This document shows positions 25,366 through 39,432 of a DNA stretch of 64,000 bases, piece after piece; position 1 is the first letter of the stretch, and every line of letters starts with the position of its first letter. The stretch is from NCBI RefSeq assembly GCF_009914755.1, contig NC_060929.1; one strand, written 5' to 3'. The notes under the pieces are model-generated. The model did not search any database. It was not told where the DNA came from and saw only the letters and a program-made list of their open reading frames with translations. Source of the DNA: the human T2T-CHM13v2.0 reference genome, Homo sapiens. The position numbers and the translations under genes are program-made.

Positions 25366-25849
25366 TTTTAAAAATCTGTTAATAATTGCTCAGCCTAGTC
25401 CCAGTCTTTAGGCAGATTTCTTCCGCATAGCCAGAAAAAGTGAATAGAAAATTCAAGTGTCTGGAGATTGCTAGACGTAAGACTGGGGAAAGTTAGGTAA
25501 GTTGAAAGTTAGCTTTCAACTTATTTGCATTTCTAAATCTCCTCTTAACTCATGTATTCAGTAAACATTTATTGACGGTCCGCTAAAGGCCAAGCAATCT
25601 GTGCGGGACAAAATAAAGATTAATAAGTATGCAAGCTATTGGAGAAGACTAACACATGAACAGATGATCCTAAAGTAGAGAGGTGCCAATAATTATATAG
25701 AGAAGTACAAGTTGCTATAGGAGCTCACAGGAAGAGCACATTGGGGCCTAGTAATACGTGAAATGGAGGGAGTTGTTCTAAAGAAGAAGATGCTTGAGGC
25801 TGGAAGGATAAAGAGCAGGAGTAGGGAAAGACATTCTAAGCAAGGAAAA

Positions 25850-26210
25850 TGCTATGGTTTGAATATGTCCTCAAATTTCATTTGTTGGAAACTTAATCCC
25901 AGAATTTTTAATTGATTGAAGGTGAGGTCTTTGGGAGGTAATTAGGATTAGATAAGGTCAGAGTGAGGCCCCCATGATGGGACTTGGTTACTTTCTAAGA
26001 AGAGGAAGAGAGACCTGAGCTGACATGCATGCTCTTGCCCTCTTGCCATATGATACATTCTGCCATGTTATGACAAAGCAAAGAAGGCCCCAGATGCCAA
26101 CACCATGCTCTTGGACTTCCCAGCCTCTAGAACTGTAAGATTGTAACATTTTGAAATAAATTACCCAGTCTCAGATATTCAGTTATCATAACAGAAAATG
26201 GACTAAGACA
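25850..26210 (+). mobile_element. MaLR solo LTR (MST-type), inserted in an L2-like segment
   Basis: tgctatggtttgaatatgtcc...aaataaattacccagtctcag...aacagaaaatggactaagaca. Confidence 0.85.
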
Positions 26211-27040
26211 GAGGGAAACCTGAGCCAAAGTCTGGAGGTTTGAAACAAAAGACATGAGAGACTGTGGCATACGTTTGGAGATACCCAGAATGATTTCCTC
26301 CCCTCTAGATTAAGGTGTCCAATGAGAATGTCCATCTAGCTCTGCCTCTTTCAAGCACTCTATATAAGAAGTGGGGAAATGTGGAAGTCCACCCCTGCCC
26401 TCGTTGGAACTGATCAGGTTCCAGGCTATGGAGCAATAGCGGACTCCTTCCTGGGATGCTATGCTCTTAAAGTGTAACCAAATGCCCCCTCATCCCCTCA
26501 CCTTTCCACATCCACCTCTTCCATAAAGCAATGTAGGTTCTGGTCAAATGGGGAATTGGATATCTTCCTATTTGATCCCACGCCACAAGAAACTAAGAGT
26601 AAAAGGGGTCCTGGGATCACCTGAAGATGCTTATTGGAACAGAGGGGACCAAGAGGATGCCTAAGTGTACCGCTAAGGGGTGGATTGATGACTTGCATGA
26701 TAACCCACAAGGCAAGATTGTAAGTGGAGAAAAAAAGAGACAGGCTCATGTACCTCTTCTGCTTTATTTTTTACCCAACCCTGATGCTACCCATAGCTCC
26801 CTGTTTTAATCTACCACCTAGGGCTGTGTGGAGCATGGAAAAGAAAAAAAGGAGGGGAACACATGGAAGATTCCAGAATTATCTTGATTGACATGCAGAG
26901 TTTGCTCTTTTCTTTCCTGACTGCCTCTCATGCACAGATGTCCCTCTACCAATGTGAGACAGGCAGCAAAAAAATATGGAAAAGCCAAACAGACTTGGGC
27001 CCTACTTACTGGATCTCCCCCAGGGCCACAGGGTTGCACA

Positions 27041-27054
27041 CCACCAGGGGGCAC
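27041..27054 (+). promoter_or_regulatory. Strong candidate CTCF site
   Basis: CCACCAGGGGGCAC(TA) is essentially the CTCF core consensus, in unique sequence. Confidence 0.65.
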
Positions 27055-27159
27055 TATTCATGCTCTGGAGCACACATACGCGTAGATTCCAACGTGAGTG
27101 GAAACTTATGGAGTTGTACAATCCTGCAACCTTGCTTCTGAGCTAGGTTTGCTTACCTA

Positions 27160-27447
<288 letters not shown>

Positions 27448-28944
27448 TAACAATAGCCATGTCTTGCAGGGCTGTTGTGAACTACTTGAAGAAGCCCAGT
27501 GCAGTAAACGGCATACAGTCAGCACTCTAAAAAATGAGAGCAGTTGTTTTATGCCGGGGATAGGGGTAGAAAGAAGGCAGGCTTGGGCATGCTCAAGAAT
27601 CGAAGTAGCTAGGGCATCGCTACTTTGGTTTTGTCCAGCTCATTTTCCTGTGCTGAGAGATGTCGAAGATCAAAGCCTGTTAGGATGCTGGGCTCAGAGT
27701 AAGAGCTTCATGCTACTTATTGGATGAGAGGATGAACAAGAGTCTTTGGAAATCAGAGATCAAAGGGTCGTCAGAACTAGAACTAGAACTCTGATCCATT
27801 ACATTTCTTTGCCTCTGGCTGGTGAGTTCAAAGCAGTCAGCTCGAGTTGATGATTGAACATCGTTTTGGGTGAAGTAACAAGGGACCATGGTTCAGTGGT
27901 TCTGTAGAAGCTTCATGGCTGAGAAACTTCAACATGCCATTATTTGAATCCTAGTTGTCTACTCTTTGAATGGCAGAAAGTCAAAGGTTTTAGATACTAC
28001 CAGCAGCTATGGGTCTCATAACAATTGCCCAAGGAGAAAGAATGAACTTGGTACGAACACAGGATTATATTTTCTTTGCTAATTTCACTAGATTCTATAG
28101 TTACATTAGAGAACTGTTCCTTATTTCTGGAAGAGCCCCAATTTCCACCTTCCCCTTTTTTTATGCATAGGTCTGGCAATAAATTTAACTTGGCTCTGTC
28201 TCCAGGCAATCCAGGGTTAAACTGTCTCCTGGGGCACACAATTTCAGTCCCTAGGGAAAGTATGAAAAACCTTCTCTTCTTGTTCAGAAGCTCAATTGAG
28301 TGTCTCCATTTTATTTCATAAATGAGATCTGATTTGTCTCCTAACATGTATTTTTACTTACTCAAGAGTGTGTCTAAGTTCTTTTCTTTCTCTCCTGAGC
28401 TGGTTTTGGGTTGTTTGCCTATTCATAGAAGGAAACAGTGAGGGAGAAAGCAGCTAGAACTCTGATGAATGGTTTACTTCTTGTTAGCAACCCAAGTTAA
28501 ACATTTAATGATGGAAGCGGGTATGGGCTGAAATGCCATTTGGGGGTAAATGCCTGGCTTCATTTTTTCATGCTCTCTTTACCACTACTCGCCCCAGCCC
28601 CTCACACCCTGTATAATGTCTGAGCAGGTTTTCTGCATAGTTGCCAGTGCTTATTTTTACAATCTCTAACATAACAGCTTCAAATATAAACACAAACATA
28701 GCCAGCATGAACGACAGCATCTGCATCGGCCACGGAGCTAAAACAGGCTCTTAGAAATGTGCTTGACATTTCCCGTGGCAGCTTCACAGCCTCCTTGGAA
28801 AGCCTTGGTCCACCTCTCTGCTGCTGACAAGCTCTGATTTGGGTAAGATGCTGGCAGGTGCCAGCAAAGGACAATAGGCTTTTAATTAAGGTCTGTAGAG
28901 CCATAGCTCAGGAAACACACCTCCTGAAGAGTTTTTTTTGTTTT

Positions 28945-28975
<31 letters not shown>

Positions 28976-31501
28976 CACTTGCGTTTCTTCTTGCTACCCT
29001 ACAAACAGTAACTGTGTGCTCCATCGAGGCAACTGTGGTCGTTAATCTTCCGCAGCACAGGAATTGCTAGTAACATAAAGGTAGTAATGGGATTATGTTT
29101 TCTTTTCTTTTTTTTTTTTTGCAATAGCTCAGAAAATTAATGTTAACTTCTGTTCCTAGTTTGGGGCAGTTGTTTTTACTATGATGAAGCTGAATGTGAT
29201 CATACAACTCCATCTTTCCATCCAAACTCCCTCCATGCAAATTTCTTATTATATCTGACACAGAATTAATGTAAACATTTTTGTAATGGCCATATTTTGA
29301 GTCACTCACTTAGAGGAAGGTTTTCTAATGTGGAATCTGAGCCTGTTAAGCATCGTTGCTATGGAGACTATGAGAGTTGGATTAATTAAGGCTTGAACAG
29401 ATGTGAAGTGTGCAGAATGCACTATTTTCTGTTAGTAATTAAAGAGGGTATGTGTGTACGTGAGAGAGAAAGAAAAATAGAGACAATCCGAGACAAAGCA
29501 GTCAGACGTGCTTGGCACTGGACATGTGACATTTTCTTCAGTAGAACTAACTGCTGATAACTCTGCTGACACTACTCTATTTTCTCCTCCACCCATGCCA
29601 GACAGAATAATTGCTTGAAATGGCCAAGCAGTCCAACCTTTCTTTCTTTTTTGGTCTGATTTATGATAGGCCCAGGAATATACAAAAACATGTTCTTGGA
29701 TCAGTGGGTTCAAACGACCCATCTCTCTGAACACTCGAAAGTCAAACTGGACTGTGTAAATGGTTTTTAAGCTGCCTGGCAGGAAGGCCAAGTTTGCAGA
29801 CTGGAGCTCTATTAGTTGTCCAGCCCCCTGGTAGTATTGTCATCAGCGAATTGATAGCCAAGAGAGACACTGGCTGCGCAACTGCCAAGGAGAAATTGTC
29901 ATGGGAATGCCTTTAAGACTGGAAAGTGAATGAAACATCAGTCTGGTTTGAGTTTAATTTGGAGAATATTTGTTTCAGTTTGAACTAAATCTTTTGCTTT
30001 TTAAAACACTGTATTTCTATTTTCTCTTAAGTAATATAGTAACATGAGGTTTAGGTCTGAATTCAGCAGATTAGGTTCCATTGGAATCCTGCTTAGTGGC
30101 CCCAGTGAGTGGTGTCCCCATATAGCCTCCTGGTTGGCAGGAAGTAGTTAATGGCTTAAAAATGTCTAAAGGCTTTTCTGCTGGGTTGGCAGCAGTTTTG
30201 CTTGAACTGGTAGCTTTTGAAGCATGATCATTTTTTGTTTGTCTCACAGCTGTGGAGGTGGGGTTGTCTGAATCAAAAAGCATCACAGAGGTACTTTGTT
30301 TCCTGGTGGACTGTGTCCTGGTGGCCCAAATTTGGCCTCTTCCCACCCACAGACTATGCAGGATGAGTTAGAAAGTAATGATGCAATGGGGAATTGCGTG
30401 GCCTGGGAGGTCAAGTGTTTGTGTATGTGTGTGTGTGGTGGTGTGTGCAAGAGCACACTCTCAACTAAAGCATGTGTCTCGTCAAACTCCTACACCTCTA
30501 AGGAGTCAGGCACATCCACAGACATAAGTTTTCCCAGTCTTGCCATGTCTCTACATGTCACTAATTACAGCCTGATTCTGTGAAGGTTTCAGTCTATGAA
30601 TGGGGCAGTTTAAAACAAAACAAAACAAACAAACAAACAAAAAACAACTAGGTGAAGGCTGCAGGCAGCACTCTTCCATCTTAGAAATCAGACATCTTTT
30701 GGTTGTGCTATTAAGAGCCATAGAGACAGGGAAACAGGGACAAATTGGATCAATGTGAATTTATCACTATCTGGGGAGAAAACTTAAGTCTGCATCTTCA
30801 TTTCCGCATTGTCCTCTACAACTGCGACCTAAAGTTCACTCACCCTTAAACATGACTGTTAAATCTGTTGTATATTCCATGTTTCTTGTCATTTGAGGAT
30901 TATGTCCATTTATCTCATCGGAGAAAGCATTTAGTGAGGCTACAGAAAGTAGTATTTGCCATTTGAATCAACTGTGATTGATTTTTACATCTCTGGGTAT
31001 TAATAAGAAAAGTGACTTATTAAATATAATTCTGTTTGCCTTTTCTTTCTCCCCACCACATATAGATACAGGAGAAAGTATATTCTGGGTACTTTGTGAA
31101 CTGAAAAGGAAATTGGGGTGAGAGAAAAAACAACAGCAGTGGTTCAATGCCTTTGAAGGGACATCTGTTAAATGCTTTAGGAAAAGAGCAACAATGGAAA
31201 GCTTGAAACCAATAAAACCAGAGCCAGCACAGGGAGTTAATTCAAGAAGAAAATCCACTTTCCCTCTAAATCATCAAATTTCGAGAAGTGTTTTATATTT
31301 GGCAGACATTAGTATGTATTCTCTGTGTGTGTGTGCCTTCATCCATACTTGTTTGTATACGCACACTGTTTGAAGTCACTTCAGTATACTTAAACAAACT
31401 ACCATTTTCCTTCCATTTTGTCCTTCCATATGTTAGTATGAGGCCAAAAGTACCCAATTGCCCAGTTGCTATCATGCTGTAGACATGATCCACCATTTCG
31501 C

Positions 31502-31738
31502 TGTCTTAGTCTTTTGGCTGTTAAAACAAAATACCATAGACTGGGTAGCTTATAGAGGACAGAATTTATTGTTCATAGTTCTGGAGGCTGAGAAGCCCAA
31601 GCTAAAGGCTCTGGCAGATTCAGTGTCTGGTGAGGGCTCCTCTTCTGGTTTATAGATGGCTCCTTCTAGCTGAGTCCTTACGTGGTGGAAGAAGCAAGGC
31701 AGCTCTCTGAGGCGTCTTTTATAAGGGCACTAATCCCA
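31502..31738 (-). mobile_element. MaLR LTR (MLT1A-type), truncated
   Basis: tgtcttagtc...aaaataccatagactgggtagcttata...ttttataagggcactaatccca. Confidence 0.8.
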
Positions 31739-31739
31739 G

Positions 31740-32072
31740 TCCCTTCTCTGTGTAGCATTTCTTCTTCCCAGGTTTGGAGCAGGACCTCTCTAGAATAAGG
31801 GTCTTCAAAGGAGAAGAGAAAAGGAAGACAGTGGCCTTTCTAGGTTTTATGGCTTGCTTTGGGAGAGAGGGACTCGAGTTTCTATGACTCACCTTTGGGG
31901 AAGAGGAATTCTGGTTTCTATGACTTGCTTGGGGAAGAAAGAGCAACAGGAGACAGGAGGGTGGGGGAAGGTCAGAAGATCTTGCTTTTGAGGCCCTTCC
32001 AGTCTCTTTCAGTTCAAAGTACTCAACACACCAAGGTGTCATACTTTGGGGTATCATGTTCTGCACTCCAAG
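31740..32072 (-). mobile_element. ERV1 LTR fragment (MER34/MER39-like)
   Basis: Ends with agttcaaagtactc...catactttggggtatcatgttctgcactccaa; internal repeated tttctatgact...ggggaaga units. Confidence 0.6.
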
Positions 32073-33356
32073 ATCACAATAACTGGGAAGAATTACTAGC
32101 ATTAAGTGAACAGGAGAAGCAGGAAAGCTAAAGGTCCTGTGGTGAGTAGGACAGTCCTGTCCAAGATCAGTTGCCAAACCCCAAAAGCCCATTGAAAAAC
32201 ATGGATCAAATTTCAGCTTTTAGAATATTTTTCACAGTGTGAATTCAAAAGTGAGAAGTCATTTAGAAATCCTTATACATTCTGAAAAGTGGCTATTTGT
32301 AGATGCCAGTAATATGGAACATCTTGATTTTGAACCAGAGCAAGACTTTTAGGAAGAGTATCATTGAAATTCAAAGAGGAGCCTTAGTTCAAGAATTCTT
32401 AGAAAAATAATTTCCTTAACATTGCCAACCTCATTGTGATAGACAGGGCAACACAAAGCCAAAGTTAACGAGGCTCTGACATTTTTAAAGAACATATTCT
32501 AACTTTAGCTGACATTTAAATTAGAAAGCCCAGCAGTGTAGCGGGGAGCTGATTGATTTGGAAAGCATGGATCCAAGATAATGAGGGCTCTGCCATGCTC
32601 TTCCTAGTGATGGGTAATAAATGAGCTCTTCCTGGCCAAAAGCAAAGGAGATGAGGCAGTTCCTGCATTTGAACTGCAGGCATTTGCACTGCATTGAGAC
32701 GAAAAGTCATTCAGATACTGCTTTTCTTCTGCTCACTATAGCAATATTTTCATATTAGCCTTCATAATGAGCAGGAAAAAGACCCTGGTAGAAAAGACCC
32801 TGGTAGGCATTTCATGTGTCAGAAACACTAATGGTTGTTTTCTTTAATTTCCCAATGTGCTTGAGACATGCTAGCCTTATAGACAGCCAACAAAAATGGA
32901 TTCTAGAAGTAGATTGGTCCTGCCTTGACCTGCCAAACGTGGGAGGTTTGAAAAACTCAGATCAGAAAACTAAACCACCCACCCTCCTTTGGAAATCGAT
33001 CACCTGTTTTGGGAAGAGGCTGACTCTACTTTGCTGTGAGGCATGATAGAGGCAGAAGGCTGTGAGTGGGAAGAAGCCATCACTGAGAGCCAGCCTCAGG
33101 CCCTTCTCAGTTGCCATAAAACCCTTGTGCTTCAGCTTTCCTCATCCATAAAATGGTCTCATCGTAAAGTTCACCCTCTCACTGAAGATTAATGAAGTGA
33201 CACTTGTAAAGGATTTTAACTCAAAGGATCAACTCCAAGTACTTTAAATTCTTTGGAATGAAATTATTCCAGGGAATATTTATCTGGAAGCCAGATTGAC
33301 AGGGGCCTTCTGGAAGCCCAGTCAACATCAACACGACAAAAGAACCGTTAGTTTCG

Positions 33357-33693
<337 letters not shown>

Positions 33694-35032
33694 TCATTTT
33701 ATTTGTTAAAGGGAGAGAAAAGCACAAGTCTGCCCTAGAAGTCATATCAATAGGCACAAAATTTGATTGACAATGAGGTTAGTCCTCTTAATCAGGCTCC
33801 ATTCATTGGTCTAAATTCACTTCAGTTCGGACTCTTGTTAAGAAGGCATTGACTCACAAAGTCGAGGGTGGAATAAGATACTGTGCCGCCATATTGTATC
33901 CCAGTACTTCCCTTGAGAGGGTATGCTACTCTTGAACTTGTAAAACAATCATTCCCTTAGAAACCTAAAATATCAACAATGGCAAAAAGGAGTGAAGCAA
34001 AACAGTCCCTTTGGTCCTTAAATGTGGTTTATATTATCCTAATCGGACGTTTTCTAAACAGATCTATGTGAAATAACTCTTAGGGTATTTATCTTAATTT
34101 GCTCCTTGGAGAAATATTTAATTATCATTTTTTAGGTACTTCTTAAGTTGATTGCTATTAAACTGCTGAAAATAAACTCTCCTTTTTGATTTTTCCTCTG
34201 GGATCCATCAGGAGATTGACTTTCAGGCAGCTTAATGAAAGACAAGGGTCCATCAGCATTGTTTAAGGAACTGTAGGAACTGTGCTAATTGCCAGAGGCT
34301 CTGAGCACTGGCTGCCAGCCTTGTGTAGCCCACTGGGCACAGCCATCCCACCCTTGGCTCCAACCCTGACTGCAAAGCAAGAAAGGGCTTTAGTGGGCTG
34401 GGTAATTCTAACAACTGCCAGTGACAAGTCTGCTGATGGACTCATCTGGGCAACATCACATTACGAATTAGCATCTAGAAATGGCTGGCATAATTCCAGC
34501 GGGCAGAGCTTCATTGCTGGCCTTGCTCATGAACAGGGTTAGGGTTTATGCTGCCAATGTAGATATTTTGCCTCCAAAACGTTCAACAGGGTTTGTATTG
34601 AAGCTCCAAAGTACTCCTCCAGGAGGAGCAGTCTGAAGGTGTTCACTAAGCATGGGAGTGGTGCAGGGAGTGCATAGGGGGCAAAAGTGATTTAAGGTTA
34701 ACTCATCCAGAATTCATTAGATAGGTGTTCATCCACTGGAATCTGCCAGAGAGAATCCTAGCCTCTGAAAAAGAAATTTGTCCACATCATTTTCTCTACT
34801 TCACAGAAATAGCTTAAATAGAATGCCGTAGAGCCAGGAGCCTCAACAGACCTAAAGTGAATATAGAAGGCAACACAAAGTAGTGGTTATGAGCCCAGAT
34901 TCTAGAGCCTGACCGCCTGGATTTCAGGCCCAGTGCTACTACTTACTACCTGTAAGTCCTTAAGTTGGAATCTAGCCTTTCTGTGCCTCCATTTTTCATC
35001 TGTTAGCTGGGAATAATAATATTATCTTCCTC

Positions 35033-35418
35033 AGTTATGGGCTGAAGGTTTGTGTCCCCCTCGCCCACTCATATGTTGAAACCCTAACCCCCAGCCCCAG
35101 TGTGATGGTATTTGGAGGTAGGGCCTTTGGGAGGAAATTAAGTTAAATAAGGTTATGCGAGTGGGGCCCTCAGGATAGGATTAATGCCCTTATAAAAAAG
35201 GAGGAGACGCAGGCTGTCTCTCTGTGCTCCACGCCATGTGAGGATACAACAAGAAGTCGGCAGTCTGCAATCAGAAAGAAAGCCCTCATCACAGCCCGAC
35301 TAGCCTGGCACCCTGATCTCAGATTTCCAGCCTCCAGAACTGTGAGAAAATAAATTTCTGTTGTTTATAAGCCACACAGTCTATGGTGCTTTGTTATGGC
35401 AGCCCAGACGGACTGACA
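35033..35418 (+). mobile_element. MaLR solo LTR (MLT1A/B-type) inserted into a MIR (MIR ~34870-35030 and ~35420-35480)
   Basis: gttatgggctgaaggtttgtgtcccc...cagcctccagaactgtgagaaaataaatttctgttg...ttgttatggcagcccagacggactgacac. Confidence 0.85.
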
Positions 35419-37569
35419 CCACCTCGTAAGGCTATTTTGAGGTACATGTAAAGCTCTTGGAGAATGCATAGCAAGCCCTCAGGACCCTTCCATCATTTTA
35501 TCAATAGCTGTTATTTGGAGCTGACTTCCTGATACTTCATTTGAACAAAGGCATTCACCATCCCCACTACTCCCTTGATATAACTTATTTATATAAGTTC
35601 TTTTATCTGAGAAATTAAAAGTAGATTTCAGACCCTTTGTTCATTCTCACAATATCATCCAGAAGTAGATAAGCAAACAGGTATAAGCCACTTTCCCACA
35701 GTAGAAAAAGAAGGTTTTTCTAATTAATCATTGTCAAAGATAGGAAAATGATGCTGCATGTTCTTAGATCATCATTAGCTGGTTGGTTCTCTGGTCTTTC
35801 ACCATCTGTCTGTCTTCGCCAGAACACCAGGAACTTCGTGACTTCCCCTGGGAACTGCTGATGGTGAATTTGCCACCCCTCCAGAAGGGATGGTAAAGGG
35901 AAGGAGGAATGAAAAGGTCCTCAAGTTGTCATCACTTGAGTGATGCATAAGTATAATGGTTTTTGTTTTTCTACTCAGGAACTTCTGCTACAGTCACCAC
36001 AAAACCCAAAGAACAAAAAGGAATGGAACTTGCTGTTGTTTTGGTGAAAGCTACCTCTCAGGCAAGATGCTAATTTTAGGAGAAATGATCTGACTGTTCC
36101 AGTGTAGTACATGTAATCAAGAAGGGTGAGACACTGGCTATTAGTATAAGACACAACAAAACCAATTTGGTTTCAATCCATTTCCCTGGGCCAAGATTAA
36201 TTATATTCCCTAGACTAGACTTGGAGAGAAAGGAGTCATTTCCCAGGAGTGGAGGCTTCTGGCTGTCTCTATTTGGGTATCATAGGAATTCCTATCGGTT
36301 CTGTCTTCTGACCCAGTGGATTCTCAGTTACAATTTGTTGAACCCAGTGTGATATGTTATTGCATAAGGCAGAAAAATCCCCTGAATCTCTGCAGGTAGA
36401 TTAGAGACTAAATGGGTCCAGCTCTAATTTTCTTCCCACGCTTGAACTTGTTCCCACAGATTCCACAAAGACCACTCTGAATCCATAGATTATTTCATAT
36501 CAAAAGATAAAAGGATATCAGAATCTTGATTGACTCATTAATTGACCCCCAATACCTTTTCTTAAGCCAGTGATTCCAATAGAATGATCCCCTTTTGTTA
36601 TAGGGTCCAAATATCTCATTCCCATTGCCCAAAATGCAATTGCCCCGTGGCCCTTGTTAGATCCCCACACTATGCCCATGTTCTGATGGTGTTTACTTAG
36701 CTACTTTCGCAGCTTCCATGTTACCACTGTGGTTTGTTTTTGCAGTGTGGCTTACTCTACTCTAGCTGAGCTGATAAACTCTGGTGATCTCAATGCAAAG
36801 AATGAGCCACACATGGCAACTTGGGGGCCTGGAAGACACAGAGCCAGAAAGATGAAACAGGAGTGGGCCTTTGATTTGAGCTGAAGAAAGTTGGCATGTT
36901 AGTGCAGTTTTTTCTATGAGATGATATAACCTGTTTCCCAGTAGCGACATGCCATCTGGCTGCAGTGCGGTTGGTATCGCTCAGCTTCCCACTGGGAAAA
37001 GCAGCAGGCAGACCAGGCTCAGCCAGACGCCTCCAGACATTTCAGCCTCAACAGCACCCAATGTGTGCCTTGCTGGCTCTTTGCACCAAGTTCTGAAAAC
37101 CATCTGCATGTAGAAGAAATGTACTCTCTCTGCTTCTGTGTGATACTTCTGCTGAAGCCAATTTACATTCTCCTTCAGAAGAGCCATTTTATGTCCCAGA
37201 AACTTAATGAGCTTTTTTTTTTAAAAAAAAATTAAGAACAAGCTGTTTTATTTTGAATGAGAAACTCTCCTTCTGCCAAGAATTCTTTATCAACCTAAAA
37301 CTCAGAAACCACAAGCAAAGTAAGAGTTGTTCCAAGACCAAGCCAAACTGCCTTCCAGATTTACCTGAAATGAAACATTTGGCCACCCAACAAAACAAGC
37401 CAATGGCAGGGTAAATCCAGGACCACCAGAATGGAGGGTAGGAGCATGTGCTTAACGTTCTCCTTCCTACATAAGGGTTGGTGTGTCTTCATACTGGAGC
37501 TGGAATTAGTGGACGGATCTAGGTTGGAATTGAGATCTGGCCAGCATGCAGGGACCACCATTCATCAGG

Positions 37570-37780
37570 CACTCATGATCTACCATGCACTATGCTAGCA
37601 CTTCACAGGCAATATGTCTCTGCAGGTACTATTTGTATCCCAAATTTACAGATAAGCAGGCTGAGGTTCAGAGAAGTTGAGTAATTTGCTGAAGGTCATT
37701 CAGTGGTGAAGCTAGGATTCAACCAATGACTGGTAGACTCCAAAGCCCATGCATGGTTTTAAGCATATGCTCCACTGTAC
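37570..37780 (-). mobile_element. MIR
   Basis: tttacagataagcaggctgaggttcagagaagttgagtaatttgc. Confidence 0.75.
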
Positions 37781-38021
37781 TTAGAGGCAGATAAAACAAC
37801 TATGATGGGCCTTGTACTACAGAATACCAAATGTGTTATGTATGTCAAAGATTACCTGCTAAGGGAGAATTCAGAGTGTTTTACTGTCAAATTCAGTTCT
37901 AAGATGTTTATTATTCCTGCAAATCCAGTATAACAATACCTAGTATTTATTGAGCATTTACCAGGTATAAGACATTATACCAAGCACTGTAAAATACATT
38001 AATTCATCTAATCACCAATGA

Positions 38022-38334
<313 letters not shown>

Positions 38335-38418
38335 ATGGTGGGTATTATTTTCTTCATGTTACAGGAAAGAAAACCGAGGCTTGGAGAAGTGATGTAACCT
38401 GTCCAAGGTCAGGTAAAA

Positions 38419-38485
38419 TTAGGTTGAACCATGTGAAATTGCCATTTTGTAGATCAAAACCAATCAAGTTAATCAATAGTACCTA
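38419..38485. mobile_element. MADE2-like mariner MITE (partial)
   Basis: ttaggttgaaccatgtgaaattgccattttgtagatcaaaa matches the MADE2 left half; the right TIR is degraded. Confidence 0.7.
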
Positions 38486-39432
38486 GCAATATTGGAAGTT
38501 GAGTCAAGGTCTGACCCCTAACTAGCAAAGGAATAGTCTTTAGAGTGCAAAATTGGATTCAAGTGTCCTGAATGTTGATTGGAAAACAATGCCCCAGATC
38601 AGAGAGGAATGACAGACTGTCAGAAGCCATTCATGGTGGCTTTACAGCATGTGGACTGTCACATGCTTCTAGAATGAACAGACGTGGAAGATGGTGGGAA
38701 TGCTGTCTCAGCGGTAGATGCTAGACTCAGCCCTTGGAGAATGCACCACACACCCCTTCTCCTGTCTTCTTGTTGCTTTGCACATGACCCCTACTTCCCT
38801 TTAGCTCCTGTTCCCTTCAGGACTCCCTGATTCCTGCCCTTGGATTCACCTCACACTCATGCATCTCCTGTCCTGACTTGTTTGGACGGAGCTCTTCCTT
38901 TGGATAGGCCCCCAGCATTCTGTTGCTCCGTGTGACTCATCTCCTCTTCTGGTTCCCACCTCTCACATCACTCTGGGTCTACGTACTTTTGCTCTTGATT
39001 TAACCTTCTGGGGCTTCTGGCTCCTGCTCCCAGGCTCAGCCCTGCCTGGGCCCAGCCCTTGATGTTCCCTCAGTTCCCAGTTTTCCACACCAGCCACTCT
39101 TCTGTGCTAGGCTCCAGCTGATCTGACTTCCCTCCCTTTCCCCCAATCAACTGTGTGGGCTGGGACACAACAAGCTTTGAAGGTTTTGGTGATAAGTTTG
39201 GAGGAGGTGGGAAACTTAGCTAGTTCTGTTTGGTTCCCACAAGTAGGGAGGAGTCTTCAGAGAGTGGGCAACTCTGGCAAAGGCCATGAGAAGCTGATGG
39301 CTATTTATGATTTCAGGAGAAGGATAGCTGTGATAAAAGGGTCTGATAGTAAATGGGGAGGGAGAGAGAAAAAATGCAGGGATTAAGTGTTGTTGGCTAC
39401 CCAAGTATGCAAATCACCTAACAGCTTAGTTC

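Noticed and set aside
31719-32192. 157-aa minus-strand ORF
   Set aside because: It spans LTR and DNA-transposon fragments; repeat-derived.
34535-34548. gggttagggttt telomere-like motif
   Set aside because: Only one complete TTAGGG unit; chance occurrence.
36050-36800. Possible ancient retroviral internal sequence or pseudogene
   Set aside because: I could not recognise any gag/pol or cellular protein motif by eye; left unannotated pending a Dfam or tBLASTx search.
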